Below, one piece after another: positions 30,274 to 39,914 of a DNA stretch of 64,000 nt (positions within the stretch are counted from its first letter, which is position 1; each line of letters opens with the position of its first letter). The notes under the pieces are model-generated. The model made no database searches and was not told the DNA's origin. It worked only from the letters and a program-made list of their open reading frames with translations. A program made the translations under genes and the position numbers. This DNA is from an uncultured Mycoplasma sp. Lineage in GTDB: Bacteria > Bacillota_I > Bacilli_A > RF39 > UBA660. The stretch is taken from the NCBI GenBank assembly GCA_947642635.1, contig CANRTI010000001.1:75252-139251 (forward strand). Reading direction: 5' to 3'.

Positions 30274-31683
30274 TTATACTACTATCTCTTCTACTACTTC
30301 GCCGTCTAAACTAAAACTTTTAGCTTCAGTAATTTTAACAGGGACTATCTTACCAATAAGTTTTTGAGAACCTGTTATATTAACTAGTTTCATAGTATCT
30401 GTGTATCCATACACTTTGCGATTATCTTTTTCACTAACATCAAGGATTAATACATCTACTGTTTTATTTAATAATTTTTGATTAAATTTATTGGAATAAT
30501 GATTTACTAACTTATTTAATTCTTGGAGTCTAAGTTCTTTTTCATTAAGAGTAATTGTATCAAGCATTTTAGCCGCAGGTGTTCCTTCTCTTTTAGAATA
30601 TATAAACGTAAAAGCCCCAGCAAATTCACATTCCTTAACAACTTCCAAAGTATTTTCAAAATCTTCTCTGGTTTCATTAGGAAATCCAACAATTATATCT
30701 GTAGTGATAGCAATTCCTGGAATTTTTTCTTGCATTTTACGAAATAATTTTAAATATTCTTCTTTAGTATATCTTCTGTTCATCTTTTTTAGAATATTGT
30801 CACTTCCTGATTGGAGCGGAAGATGGATAAAAGGCATAATATTTTTGTATTTAGCAATAACATCTAACATTTCATCAGTAAAGTTCCATGGATGACTAGT
30901 AACAAAACGAATTCTAGGAATATTAGTCTTTGCTACACATTCTAATAAATGCGCAAAACTCTCACCAATATCTTTACCATAAGCATTAACATTTTGACCT
31001 AATAATGTAACTTCTTGATAACCATTATTTTTTAAATGATTAACTTCTTCTAAAATACTATCTAATTTGCGACTGCGTTCTCTTCCTCTAGTATAAGGAA
31101 CGATGCAATATGTGCAAAATTTATCACAACCATACATGATATTAACCCACGCTGTATATTTGGAGTCCCGAAGATATTTTATATTTTCGATTATTTCATC
31201 ACTATTTGAGTAAACTTCAATTTCTTGTTTTTTAAAATTTTGCATTAATAATTTTGGTAGTTCATGAATATTATGAGTTCCAATTAATAAATCAACATAG
31301 GAATGATTTTTTTGAACTTCAGCAACAAAGTCTGGTTGTTCACACATACAACCTGCTAATACTATTTTAAAATTAGGATGATTTTTTTTCAAATATTTAC
31401 ATTTTCCTAAAAATCCTACTACTTTATCTCGAGCATTTTCACGAATAGCACAAGTATTTAAAACAACTAAATTGGCTTCTTCAATATTATCAGTATTAAT
31501 AAAACCTAATGTTTCTAAATAACTTCTAATAGCTTCACTATCGTGAACATTCATTTGACAACCATATGTTCTTAAAAAATATTTTTGATTAGAAAAAACT
31601 TTTGGATAATTTTCATCTAAATTAATATATTTATTTTCTGTTTTTGTTCGATCTTTTGCAATATTTAAATCTGGTAAATGCAT
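30274..31683 (-). CDS. miaB: tRNA-i6A37 methylthiotransferase MiaB
   Basis: UPF0004 N-domain (TYGCQMN, NTCAIRE), radical-SAM CDKFCTYCIVP, and a C-terminal TRAM domain. Confidence 0.9.
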   Translation of the reverse strand: MHLPDLNIAKDRTKTENKYINLDENYPKVFSNQKYFLRTYGCQMNVHDSEAIRSYLETLGFINTDNIEEANLVVLNTCAIRENARDKVVGFLGKCKYLKKNHPNFKIVLAGCMCEQPDFVAEVQKNHSYVDLLIGTHNIHELPKLLMQNFKKQEIEVYSNSDEIIENIKYLRDSKYTAWVNIMYGCDKFCTYCIVPYTRGRERSRKLDSILEEVNHLKNNGYQEVTLLGQNVNAYGKDIGESFAHLLECVAKTNIPRIRFVTSHPWNFTDEMLDVIAKYKNIMPFIHLPLQSGSDNILKKMNRRYTKEEYLKLFRKMQEKIPGIAITTDIIVGFPNETREDFENTLEVVKECEFAGAFTFIYSKREGTPAAKMLDTITLNEKELRLQELNKLVNHYSNKFNQKLLNKTVDVLILDVSEKDNRKVYGYTDTMKLVNITGSQKLIGKIVPVKITEAKSFSLDGEVVEEIVV

Positions 31684-31728
31684 AAACTCACTTCCTACTT
31701 ACGTATTTTAACATATATCATAATATTT

Positions 31729-31894
31729 TGAAAGCGGGTTAAAGTAATAGGATAAGTTTTAGGGTAGATAACAAATAAAATAGAAAATAATTGAAAAAAT
31801 CAACCAAAACCCGCTTTCATTAACGATAATACTCCATTAAAACTCTAAGTACAAGACTTTCGACAAACGTTAGCAAATGTTAGCAAAATTCGAC
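31729..31894. repeat. unclassified intergenic element, copy B: 12-bp stem / 67-nt loop / 36-nt spacer / 39-nt conserved box
   Basis: TGAAAGCGGGTT (31729-31740) pairs perfectly with AACCCGCTTTCA (31808-31819). The box at 31856-31894 is 35/39 identical to copy A. Confidence 0.7.
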
Positions 31895-31942
31895 ATTAAA
31901 ATCTAAAAATAAAAATGAGCTAGATAAGCCCAATTTCTATTA

Positions 31943-33229
31943 TTATTTATTTAATTCAATTTTGGTTTTACCACCCATATAAGGTTGTAAAACTTTAGGA
32001 ATATTTATAGAACCATCTTCATTTACGTTATTCTCAATTACAGCGATCATCCCGCGAGGTGAAGCGATTACGGTATTGTTCAAAGTCGAAAGTAAATAAT
32101 TACCATTTACTCCTTTAGCTCTTATACTTAATCTTCTAGCTTGAGCATCTCCTAATGTTGAACAAGATCCAACTTCAAAATATTTTTTTTGTCTAGGACT
32201 CCATGCCTCAACATCACATGATTTAACTTTTAAATCAGCAAGATCTCCACTACAACATTCAAGAGTTCTTACTGGTACATCTAAATTTCTAAAAAATTCA
32301 ACTGTAAACTGCCACATTTTATTATACCAATTCATTGCTTCTTCTGGTTTGCATAAAACTACCATTTCTTGTTTTTCAAATTGATGAACTCTATATAAAC
32401 CTCTTTCTTCTAAACCATGAGCGCCAACTTCTTTTCGAAAACAAGGTGAATAAGAAGTTAAGGCAATCGGAAGTTCTTCTTCTTTAACTATTTGACCTTT
32501 AAATTTACCAATCATTGAATGTTCACTTGTACCAATTAAATATAAATCTTCGCCTTCAATTTTGTACATCATAGCATCCATTTCAGCAAAAGACATAACA
32601 CCAGTCACAACATCACTTCTAATCATGAAAGGGGGAATACAATAAGTAAATCCTTTATCAATCATAAAATCTCTTGCATAGCTAATCATCGCTGAATGTA
32701 GTCTTGCAATATCACCCATTAAATAATAAAAGCCATTTCCACTTGTTCTTCCTGCTGCTTCTTTATCAAGACCATTTAAGATTTCACAAATATCAGCATG
32801 GTATGGTATTTCATATTCAGGAACTACGGGTTCACCAAATTTTTCTATTTCAACATTTTCACTATCATCTTTACCAATTGGTACACTTTTATCCATAATA
32901 TTTGGAATAACTAGCATTATTTTTTGAATTTTTTCTGCTAATTCTTCCTCTTCTTTTTCTAAAGCTGGAATAGATTTTGCTATATCTGCGACTTGCTTTT
33001 TAACTTTTTCTACTTCTTCCAAATTTTTTTCATGCATTAGTTTACCAATACTAGCACTTAAATTGTTTTTTTCACTCCGAAGATTATCAGCTTTATTTTT
33101 ACATTCCCGATATCTTTTATCTAATTCATAAACTTCATCTACTAATGGTAATTTTTCATCTTGAAATTTTTTGCGAATATTTTCTTTAACTAATTCTCTT
33201 TCTTCTCTTATTAATTTAATATCTATCAT
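31943..33229 (-). CDS. serS: seryl-tRNA synthetase
   Basis: N-terminal coiled-coil arm and class II motifs (FRKE, GLYRVHQFEK, GSCS). Confidence 0.95.
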   Translation of the reverse strand: MIDIKLIREERELVKENIRKKFQDEKLPLVDEVYELDKRYRECKNKADNLRSEKNNLSASIGKLMHEKNLEEVEKVKKQVADIAKSIPALEKEEEELAEKIQKIMLVIPNIMDKSVPIGKDDSENVEIEKFGEPVVPEYEIPYHADICEILNGLDKEAAGRTSGNGFYYLMGDIARLHSAMISYARDFMIDKGFTYCIPPFMIRSDVVTGVMSFAEMDAMMYKIEGEDLYLIGTSEHSMIGKFKGQIVKEEELPIALTSYSPCFRKEVGAHGLEERGLYRVHQFEKQEMVVLCKPEEAMNWYNKMWQFTVEFFRNLDVPVRTLECCSGDLADLKVKSCDVEAWSPRQKKYFEVGSCSTLGDAQARRLSIRAKGVNGNYLLSTLNNTVIASPRGMIAVIENNVNEDGSINIPKVLQPYMGGKTKIELNK

Positions 33230-33249
33230 TTAATATCTCCTCTTTTCTA

Positions 33250-33425
33250 ATATAAAAAACCACAAAAATAACTCATAAGGAGCTTTTTTGCGGTACCATC
33301 CTTCTATTTTACTTAATTATGATAACGGCTTTTCAAACCGGCATTTATTAGATGCACTCAAAAAGTAGATTCACTATTAAAATTTTATTAGTTTCCACCT
33401 ACCACTAATTCTCTATAAAAACTTT
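33250..33425 (-). promoter_or_regulatory. T-box riboswitch leader of serS
   Basis: The minus strand reads AGAGAATTAGTGGTAGGTGGAAAC (stem I start). GGATGGTACCGC is the T-box sequence (33290-33302). A CCGCAAAAA/TTTTTGTGG terminator stem plus T6 follows. A TCT serine codon lies in the plausible specifier region. Confidence 0.75.
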
Positions 33426-33482
33426 CAATAGTTACTATTCTTTTTTTCATCATTTTAAACTATATTTTTTATTATCAACAAA

Positions 33483-33692
33483 TTATTTAAATCTATTCAT
33501 TTGATTCATTACTTGTTTAACTTGTTTTTGACTTGGTTTTCTTCCCATACTACTCATCATAGTTTCAATCATTTTTTCATTTATTGGCGGATTTTTTGTT
33601 AAGTACTTTTTCATAACAATTCTAGAAATAGCAAATCCTAGAATAACACCAACTACTAAACCACCAATTAAATATAATATATTTTGAAGCAT
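33483..33692 (-). CDS. UPF0154 (YneF-like) small membrane protein
   Basis: 69 aa. N-terminal TM then KKYL..NPPINE.MI..MM..MG.KPSQK.V.Q, typical of YneF. Confidence 0.7.
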   Translation of the reverse strand: MLQNILYLIGGLVVGVILGFAISRIVMKKYLTKNPPINEKMIETMMSSMGRKPSQKQVKQVMNQMNRFK

Positions 33693-34120
33693 TATTTTTT
33701 AGCTCCTTTCTTTTTATTATTATCTTTTAATAAATCTCTTATTTCTTCTAAAAGTAGAATATCATCACTTTTTTTAACCTCTTCTTTTTTCTTTTCTACT
33801 CCTTTTTGACCTTTTTTGCCAATTTTTTGAATATCACTATTAAGTTTATTCATTATTTTAACAATTAGAAATAAACAAGCCGCAATAATTAGGAAATCAA
33901 AAATTGATTGAATAAAAGCTCCGTACATGATTTTGGCATCCCCAATAGTAAAGGACAATCCCGAAAAATCCACACCACCAAAAAGCATTCCAATAAGAGG
34001 TGTAAAAATATTATTAACTAATGATGTAACAATGCCTTGAAATGCACCACCGATTATTACTCCAACAGCTAAATCTAACACATTACCTCGAGCAATAAAC
34101 TTTTTAAATTCTTCTAACAC
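33692..34120 (-). CDS. mscL: large-conductance mechanosensitive channel
   Basis: EFKKFIARGNVLDLAVGVIIG opening is diagnostic of MscL. Confidence 0.9.
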   Translation of the reverse strand: MLEEFKKFIARGNVLDLAVGVIIGGAFQGIVTSLVNNIFTPLIGMLFGGVDFSGLSFTIGDAKIMYGAFIQSIFDFLIIAACLFLIVKIMNKLNSDIQKIGKKGQKGVEKKKEEVKKSDDILLLEEIRDLLKDNNKKKGAKK

Positions 34121-34182
34121 AATGCATCACCTAAACTAATTTTATTATAAATATTCTTTTTTTTCAAGAAAGATTACTTAAT

Positions 34183-35610
34183 TTATAAATTTCTAGCCAT
34201 TTGAATTCCGGATGCCGATGCCATCATTAAACCTCTAGTCATGCCACCACCATCACCAATACAATATAATCCCTCTATACTAGTAGCAAAATTTTGATCT
34301 ATTTTAACTTTGTTGCTATAAAATTTAATTTCAGGTCCATACAATAAATTATCTGGATTAGCAAAACCTTCAACTATTTTATCAACTGCTCTGATAAATT
34401 CTAAAATACTAATCATAGTTCGATAACCAATGGCAAAAGTTATATCACCTGCAACAGCAGATTTTAATGTGGGCACTACACTGTTTTGGGAAAGTTCATA
34501 ATCCCAAGTTCTTTTACCACGATAAATATCCCCTAAACGTTGAACAACAATATTTCCAGCCCCAAGACTATTTAAATTTTTAGCAACATTACGGCCGTAC
34601 TCAATAGGCTTATCAAAAGGATGAGTAAAATGATGGGATACTAAAATAGCTAAATTGGTATTAGTACTCTTTTTCTCTTTATAAGAATGACCATTGACTA
34701 AAGTTAGCGCATTATCATAAACTTCAGCCGAAACAAACCCACTAGGATTTTGACAAAAAGTACGGACTTTATCACGAAATGGTCCAACTGTTCCAACAAA
34801 TTTTGCTTCATACATATATTTATTAATTTTTTGCATAACTTGATCAGAAAGTTCATAACGAATACCAATATCGACTACTCCTGAAGAAGATAAAATATTA
34901 TATTTATTACACATATCTACTAACCAAGAAGCACCTTTTCTACCAACAGCTAAAACAACTTTCGAAGCATATAATTTTGTCGAATTACTTTTGGTTTCTA
35001 AATCACAAGTTTTAGTAATTTCAACACCTTTTATTTTATTATTTTCGACTATTAAATCAGTCACAACTGTTTCAAACATCATATTTATCCCATTTTCTTC
35101 TAGATAATCTTCTAAACCTTTATAAACTTCATGACTTTTTTCAGTACCTAAATGTCTAATTGGAATATTGATTAATTTAATTCCTTCTTTATAGGCTTTT
35201 TGCGATATTTTAGCAATCTCTTCTTTATATTTTGTTCCTTCTAATTTTTGATCGGCTCCAAACTTTAAATAGATTTGATCAGTATAATCAATTAATTCTT
35301 TGGTTTTTGAAACTCCAATATAATCTTGTAAATTACCCCCAACATAAATTTGATCGTCTTCTTCATTATATAAAGATAATTTGCCATCAGAAAAAGCACC
35401 TGCTCCTGAAAAACCATTAGTAATATTACACATAGGTTTACAATGAATACATTTTTTTACTTTTTCAATGGGACAATATCGATTTTCAACTCTTTTACCT
35501 TGATCAATTAATAAAACTTTCGAAAACTTTTTTAATTTAATTAATTCGTAAGCACAAAAAATAGCGCTTGGTCCCATACCAACGATTATTACATCATAAT
35601 TATTTTGCAT
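34183..35610 (-). CDS. FAD-dependent oxidoreductase (COG2509-like)
   Basis: N-terminal dinucleotide fold VIIVGMGPSAIFCA and C-terminal GDGGGMTRG. Confidence 0.7.
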   Translation of the reverse strand: MQNNYDVIIVGMGPSAIFCAYELIKLKKFSKVLLIDQGKRVENRYCPIEKVKKCIHCKPMCNITNGFSGAGAFSDGKLSLYNEEDDQIYVGGNLQDYIGVSKTKELIDYTDQIYLKFGADQKLEGTKYKEEIAKISQKAYKEGIKLINIPIRHLGTEKSHEVYKGLEDYLEENGINMMFETVVTDLIVENNKIKGVEITKTCDLETKSNSTKLYASKVVLAVGRKGASWLVDMCNKYNILSSSGVVDIGIRYELSDQVMQKINKYMYEAKFVGTVGPFRDKVRTFCQNPSGFVSAEVYDNALTLVNGHSYKEKKSTNTNLAILVSHHFTHPFDKPIEYGRNVAKNLNSLGAGNIVVQRLGDIYRGKRTWDYELSQNSVVPTLKSAVAGDITFAIGYRTMISILEFIRAVDKIVEGFANPDNLLYGPEIKFYSNKVKIDQNFATSIEGLYCIGDGGGMTRGLMMASASGIQMARNL

Positions 35611-35656
35611 ATTTACACTCCATTTAAATCATAGCATGAAACTAAAAAAAGAACAA

Positions 35657-37390
35657 TTAATTCATTGCTCTTTTAAACATTTTCTCTAAATCATATATAC
35701 TAAATTTAATTATTGTTGGTCGACCATGGGGACAATTATATGGATTATCACACTTAACTAAATTTTTTAATAATCCTTCAATTTCTAACATACTTATGTG
35801 TTCATTAGCTTTAATGGCCATTTTACATGCTAATGTAATGGCAATACTTTCACGAAACTTAATAACATTAAAATTTCCATCCATATTAATTATTAAATCA
35901 ATTATTTTTCTAATACTTGCTTCTTCTAAACCTTTTTTTAACCAAGTTGGATGGCTTTTAATACTAATTGTATTAATTCCAAATTCTTGCCATACAAAAC
36001 CTAGTTTATTAAAAACTTCTTGATAATTTAAAAATATTTGATATTCACTAGTCGAAAGTTCAATATTAATAGGGATTAACATATCAGTAATTAATACTGT
36101 TTCATTTTGTAAATTTTGTAAATAATTTTCATAATTAATCCGTTCTTGAGCAGCATGTTGATCTAATAAATATATTCCTTCATCATTTTCACAAACAATG
36201 TAAGTACCAAGACATAAACCAACTGGATATAATACTAAATTTTTAAAATCAGCATTTTTAACTAGTTCCCCCTTTTCTTCGTTGCCAAAATCAAAAGTTG
36301 TTTGAAAATTTTTACTTTCTTTAATTATTTCTGGTAATTCATTTATAGGAACAAAACTTTCTTCAATTTCTTTAGCTTCTTTTTTGTTAATGGCATCTGG
36401 AATTAATAAACTATTATATAGACTACTTTTTATAGTTTCATAAAGAAGTTTAGTTAAAGAAGCAATTTTACTTAATTTAACATCTTGTTTAGTTGGATGA
36501 ATATTGACATCTACTAAAGTGGGATCAGTTTCAATATTTATAACTACTATGGGGTATTTGCCATCCGGTTTATATGTGTAATATGCATCATTTATTGCCC
36601 TGTTAATATCATTGTTTCTAATAACTCGGCCATTAATAAAAGTTATTAGGTGATTACGACTAGCTTTTAAAATTTCTGGTTTACAAACATATCCTTTTAT
36701 TTCAAAATCATCATTTAAAGCATTAATTTCTAACATTTTAGAAGATACTTGTAATCCATATATCTCATGAATACACTTTAAGGGATTATTACTTCCACTT
36801 GTTTTAACTACTTGTTTACCACCATTAGTTAGTGTAAATGCAATATTTGGTTTAGCTAGAGCTAATTTTTCAATAAAAGTTGTAATATTTGCTAATTCTG
36901 TTTGCTCACTCTTTAAATATTTTAATCTAGCAGGAGTATTATAAAATAAATTAGTTACAGTAATTCTTGTTCCTTTTCTAGCATTACAAGAAGTTTGTTC
37001 TAAAACAGTACCTCCTTTTAAATGAATTTTGGTTCCAACTTCTTCTTTACAAGTTTCTAATAAAACTTCTGATACACTGGCGATGGAAGGAAGTGCCTCC
37101 CCTCGAAATCCTAAGGTATCAATAAAAAATAAATCATCATCTTTATATATTTTACTAGTAGCATGTCTTCCAAAGGCCATTAAAGCATCTGTACTATCCA
37201 TTCCAATTCCATCATCAATAATGGTAATCTCTTCTAAACCACCTTTTAATAAATTTATTTTAATATTAGATGACATGGCATCAATACTATTTTCAACTAA
37301 TTCTTTGACGACAGAAGCACATTTTTCGACAACTTCACCAGCTGCTATTTTATTAGCTAAATTTTCACTCATTACTTTTATAATACTCAT
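35657..37390 (-). CDS. mutL: DNA mismatch repair protein MutL
   Basis: GHKL ATPase motifs (NKIAAGEVVE, ELVENSIDA, DDGIGM, GFRGEAL). C-terminal endonuclease-type motifs (DQHAAQERI, CPHGRPT). Confidence 0.95.
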   Translation of the reverse strand: MSIIKVMSENLANKIAAGEVVEKCASVVKELVENSIDAMSSNIKINLLKGGLEEITIIDDGIGMDSTDALMAFGRHATSKIYKDDDLFFIDTLGFRGEALPSIASVSEVLLETCKEEVGTKIHLKGGTVLEQTSCNARKGTRITVTNLFYNTPARLKYLKSEQTELANITTFIEKLALAKPNIAFTLTNGGKQVVKTSGSNNPLKCIHEIYGLQVSSKMLEINALNDDFEIKGYVCKPEILKASRNHLITFINGRVIRNNDINRAINDAYYTYKPDGKYPIVVINIETDPTLVDVNIHPTKQDVKLSKIASLTKLLYETIKSSLYNSLLIPDAINKKEAKEIEESFVPINELPEIIKESKNFQTTFDFGNEEKGELVKNADFKNLVLYPVGLCLGTYIVCENDEGIYLLDQHAAQERINYENYLQNLQNETVLITDMLIPINIELSTSEYQIFLNYQEVFNKLGFVWQEFGINTISIKSHPTWLKKGLEEASIRKIIDLIINMDGNFNVIKFRESIAITLACKMAIKANEHISMLEIEGLLKNLVKCDNPYNCPHGRPTIIKFSIYDLEKMFKRAMN

Positions 37391-37395
37391 ACTAC

Positions 37396-38280
37396 TTACC
37401 TACCTATAATTGAACTGCGGATATTTAATTTTTGATTACTTTGAATTTTTAAACCTTTTTTAACAAAAATAAAACCATTATTTAATTCTATATCTTGATT
37501 ATTAGAAATTATTTGACAATTTTTTAAAGAATTATTTTCTTTTTTACTACTGATTTTTACCTGATCACTAACTACACATGTTACATAACCTTCACCAGTT
37601 ATTTTAACATCATCAATTCTCAAAACATAATCTGATTGTAATTTTTTAGTATAAACTACTATTTTATTATTAGGATATTTATTTTCATTAATTATTAAAC
37701 CTGGAGTATCATAAATTAAATAATCTAAATAATTAATTTTAATGAAATCTAGTGTCGTGTTATTATACTGACTAATTGTTAAATTACTATTAGTTAATTC
37801 GTTAATTAAAGTTGATTTTCCACTACTAGTTTCACCACAAATAATAACTTTTTGATTGTCAGTGATTGCATCAATAATTTTATTTAAATACATTTTTTTC
37901 TTAGCACTAATAAAAGTAATATCACAATCAATCTGAAAACTATTTTTGATGTTCTCTTCTAAATGTTCTAATTTAAAATTATTAGGTATAAGATCACATT
38001 TGTTAATAACTAACATTTTTTGATTTTTAATATTTTTAAATAAATTCATACTAGCATTATTTAAACTTAATAAATCACTTATAAATATTGTGTACAATCC
38101 AAAATTGTTTATTTTGTCTAAAACATTAGTATTATTAATATTTGATACTTTTATTTCTTCATTATAATGAGTTGTTTTAAAACATCTTTCACAATATTTA
38201 TTATCTAATTTGGGAGTAAATCCTATTAACTTTTTATTAGTATTTTGTAACTTAATTCCACAACCTATACATCTACTCAT
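37396..38280 (-). CDS. yqeH: circularly permuted ribosome-biogenesis GTPase YqeH-like (short, 294 aa)
   Basis: N-terminal zinc finger CIGCG...CERC. NKCD (G4) precedes GETSSGKST (G1), the permuted order as in YqeH. Confidence 0.7.
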   Translation of the reverse strand: MSRCIGCGIKLQNTNKKLIGFTPKLDNKYCERCFKTTHYNEEIKVSNINNTNVLDKINNFGLYTIFISDLLSLNNASMNLFKNIKNQKMLVINKCDLIPNNFKLEHLEENIKNSFQIDCDITFISAKKKMYLNKIIDAITDNQKVIICGETSSGKSTLINELTNSNLTISQYNNTTLDFIKINYLDYLIYDTPGLIINENKYPNNKIVVYTKKLQSDYVLRIDDVKITGEGYVTCVVSDQVKISSKKENNSLKNCQIISNNQDIELNNGFIFVKKGLKIQSNQKLNIRSSIIGR

Positions 38281-38791
38281 AATATTTTCCTTTAAATAAA
38301 ATTCCTTTTTTGTTCAATTTTTTTACAATTTTTCTTTCAATAATTCGAATAATTCTCGTCCAAAATGGTTCAGTTTCAGATATTCCATTAACTAAAATGG
38401 TTGTAAAATGCATTCTATTGCCACCTAATATATCAGTAATTAATTCATCACCAATCATCGCAATTTCAGTATCATTAAAATTGTATAATTCCATAATTTT
38501 TTTAAATTTTTTCTTAAATGGTTTTTTGGAAGAAAAAGCAGCATCAATATTTAACTTTTCTTTGAAAGGACGAATACGATTTTTATTACTATTAGAAACT
38601 ATGATAACTTTAAAACTTTTTTCTAAATCAAAAATTAACTCCCTTAATTTATCATCAGGATAATCAAATTCATAACTAGCTAAAGTATTATTTAAATCAA
38701 ATAATAAACATTTTATCCCATTTTTTTTGAGTTTTTTATAATTAATAGTATAAATGCTTTGCTGATACATATCTGGTACAAAATTATCCAT
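38273..38791 (-). CDS. yqeG: YqeG-family HAD-IIIA phosphatase
   Basis: LLFDLNNTL motif I, VSNS and GDELITDILGG motifs. Located upstream of yqeH as in Bacillus. Confidence 0.75.
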   Translation of the reverse strand: MDNFVPDMYQQSIYTINYKKLKKNGIKCLLFDLNNTLASYEFDYPDDKLRELIFDLEKSFKVIIVSNSNKNRIRPFKEKLNIDAAFSSKKPFKKKFKKIMELYNFNDTEIAMIGDELITDILGGNRMHFTTILVNGISETEPFWTRIIRIIERKIVKKLNKKGILFKGKYYE

Positions 38792-38922
38792 AGATTTCTC
38801 CTTTATTTTCTTTTCGTTCTAAAAGAATTTTAACATTTTTTAGATTGTTTGTAAAATTAATTTTTGAACATTTCAAAAATAAATATATTAGTAACCATTA
38901 TAGCTATTTATTATTCAGATAT

Positions 38923-39835
38923 TTAGGAATTTATTAATTCATAGACTAAAGGAATAATGTCTTCTCTTTGTACAAAATTGGCAATTAATTTATCTTGTTC
39001 TTTTGTTATTATCAAACCAATTGTTTTATTATGAAATGGTTCTTTTATTTTCTCATCCACTAAATTCATGTAAAACTCAATTTGTCCTTTATCTTCTTTT
39101 TCTAGTTTTCTTAATTTTAATTCGACTACAATAAAACAATTTATTTTATAATTAAATAATAAAATATCTATATAATAATTTTTATTGTTCTCATCATTTA
39201 TTTTATATTGGTTTCCTACTAGAGTGTACCCTTCTCCTAGTTGATTAAAAAAGGTTTTTATTTGGGATAAGATAATTACTTCTAAATCTTGTTCTTTAGC
39301 TATTATTGTTTTACTAGGTATACTTATTAAGATTGGATTTTTCATATTTTCTTTAATTGTTAATTTAGAAGGATAATTAGTAATTTCAATTTTGTCTGGT
39401 TTAGCAATTAATCTTTCATAAGAATTATTTTTTATCTCTTTTTGTAACTCTCTGGAACTTAATTTTTTACTAATACATAAATTGAGATAATAATTTCTTT
39501 TGTTTTCGTCTTTGATTGATAACAATTTTCTTATGTTTGTCCAAGATTCTTGACGCACTGCGTCAAGAATTGGAAAAGTTAAATAAAACTTTCGAAAATT
39601 ACTTAAATTTGAACTATCATAACCTTTACCATACTTTTCAGTTAATTTAACTGACCACTTTTTTATTAGTTCATTTCCATATTTAGCTCTTTTCTCGCCA
39701 CCTTCTCGCTTCTACTATAATTTTTCCTATATGCCAATAACTATTTACATTTTCATAGTTTTCCTCTAGTATTCTGGCTTTTTTATTTACTTCATTTTTC
39801 TTTATTATATTTTCTACTGCATTATAATAATTCAT
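38923..39835 (-). pseudogene. DUF1016/YhcG-type PD-(D/E)XK nuclease gene, frameshifted (copy 2)
   Basis: Same N-terminal frame break as copy 1 (GTAGAAGCGAGAAGGTGGCGAG). The middle reads ...FRKFYLTFPILDAVRQESWTNIR. The C-terminal ~200 aa are identical to copy 1. Confidence 0.75.
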
Positions 39836-39910
39836 TTATTCCTTCTTTCTATTAAAAAAAATATAGATAACTTTTTATCATTATCTATATCCTTCGCTTT
39901 TGTCAATAAA
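38928..39910. repeat. ~1-kb direct repeat, copy 2 (partner 12061-13066)
   Basis: See copy 1. Same orientation, offset 26867 nt. Confidence 0.9.
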
Positions 39911-39914
39911 GAGT

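Noticed and set aside
12061-39910. Idea that the two 1-kb direct repeats delimit a 27-kb composite mobile element.
   Set aside because: The interval contains core genes (serS, miaB, mutL, mscL, ltaS, xfp and others). The repeats encode no transposase and have no terminal inverted repeats or obvious target duplications.
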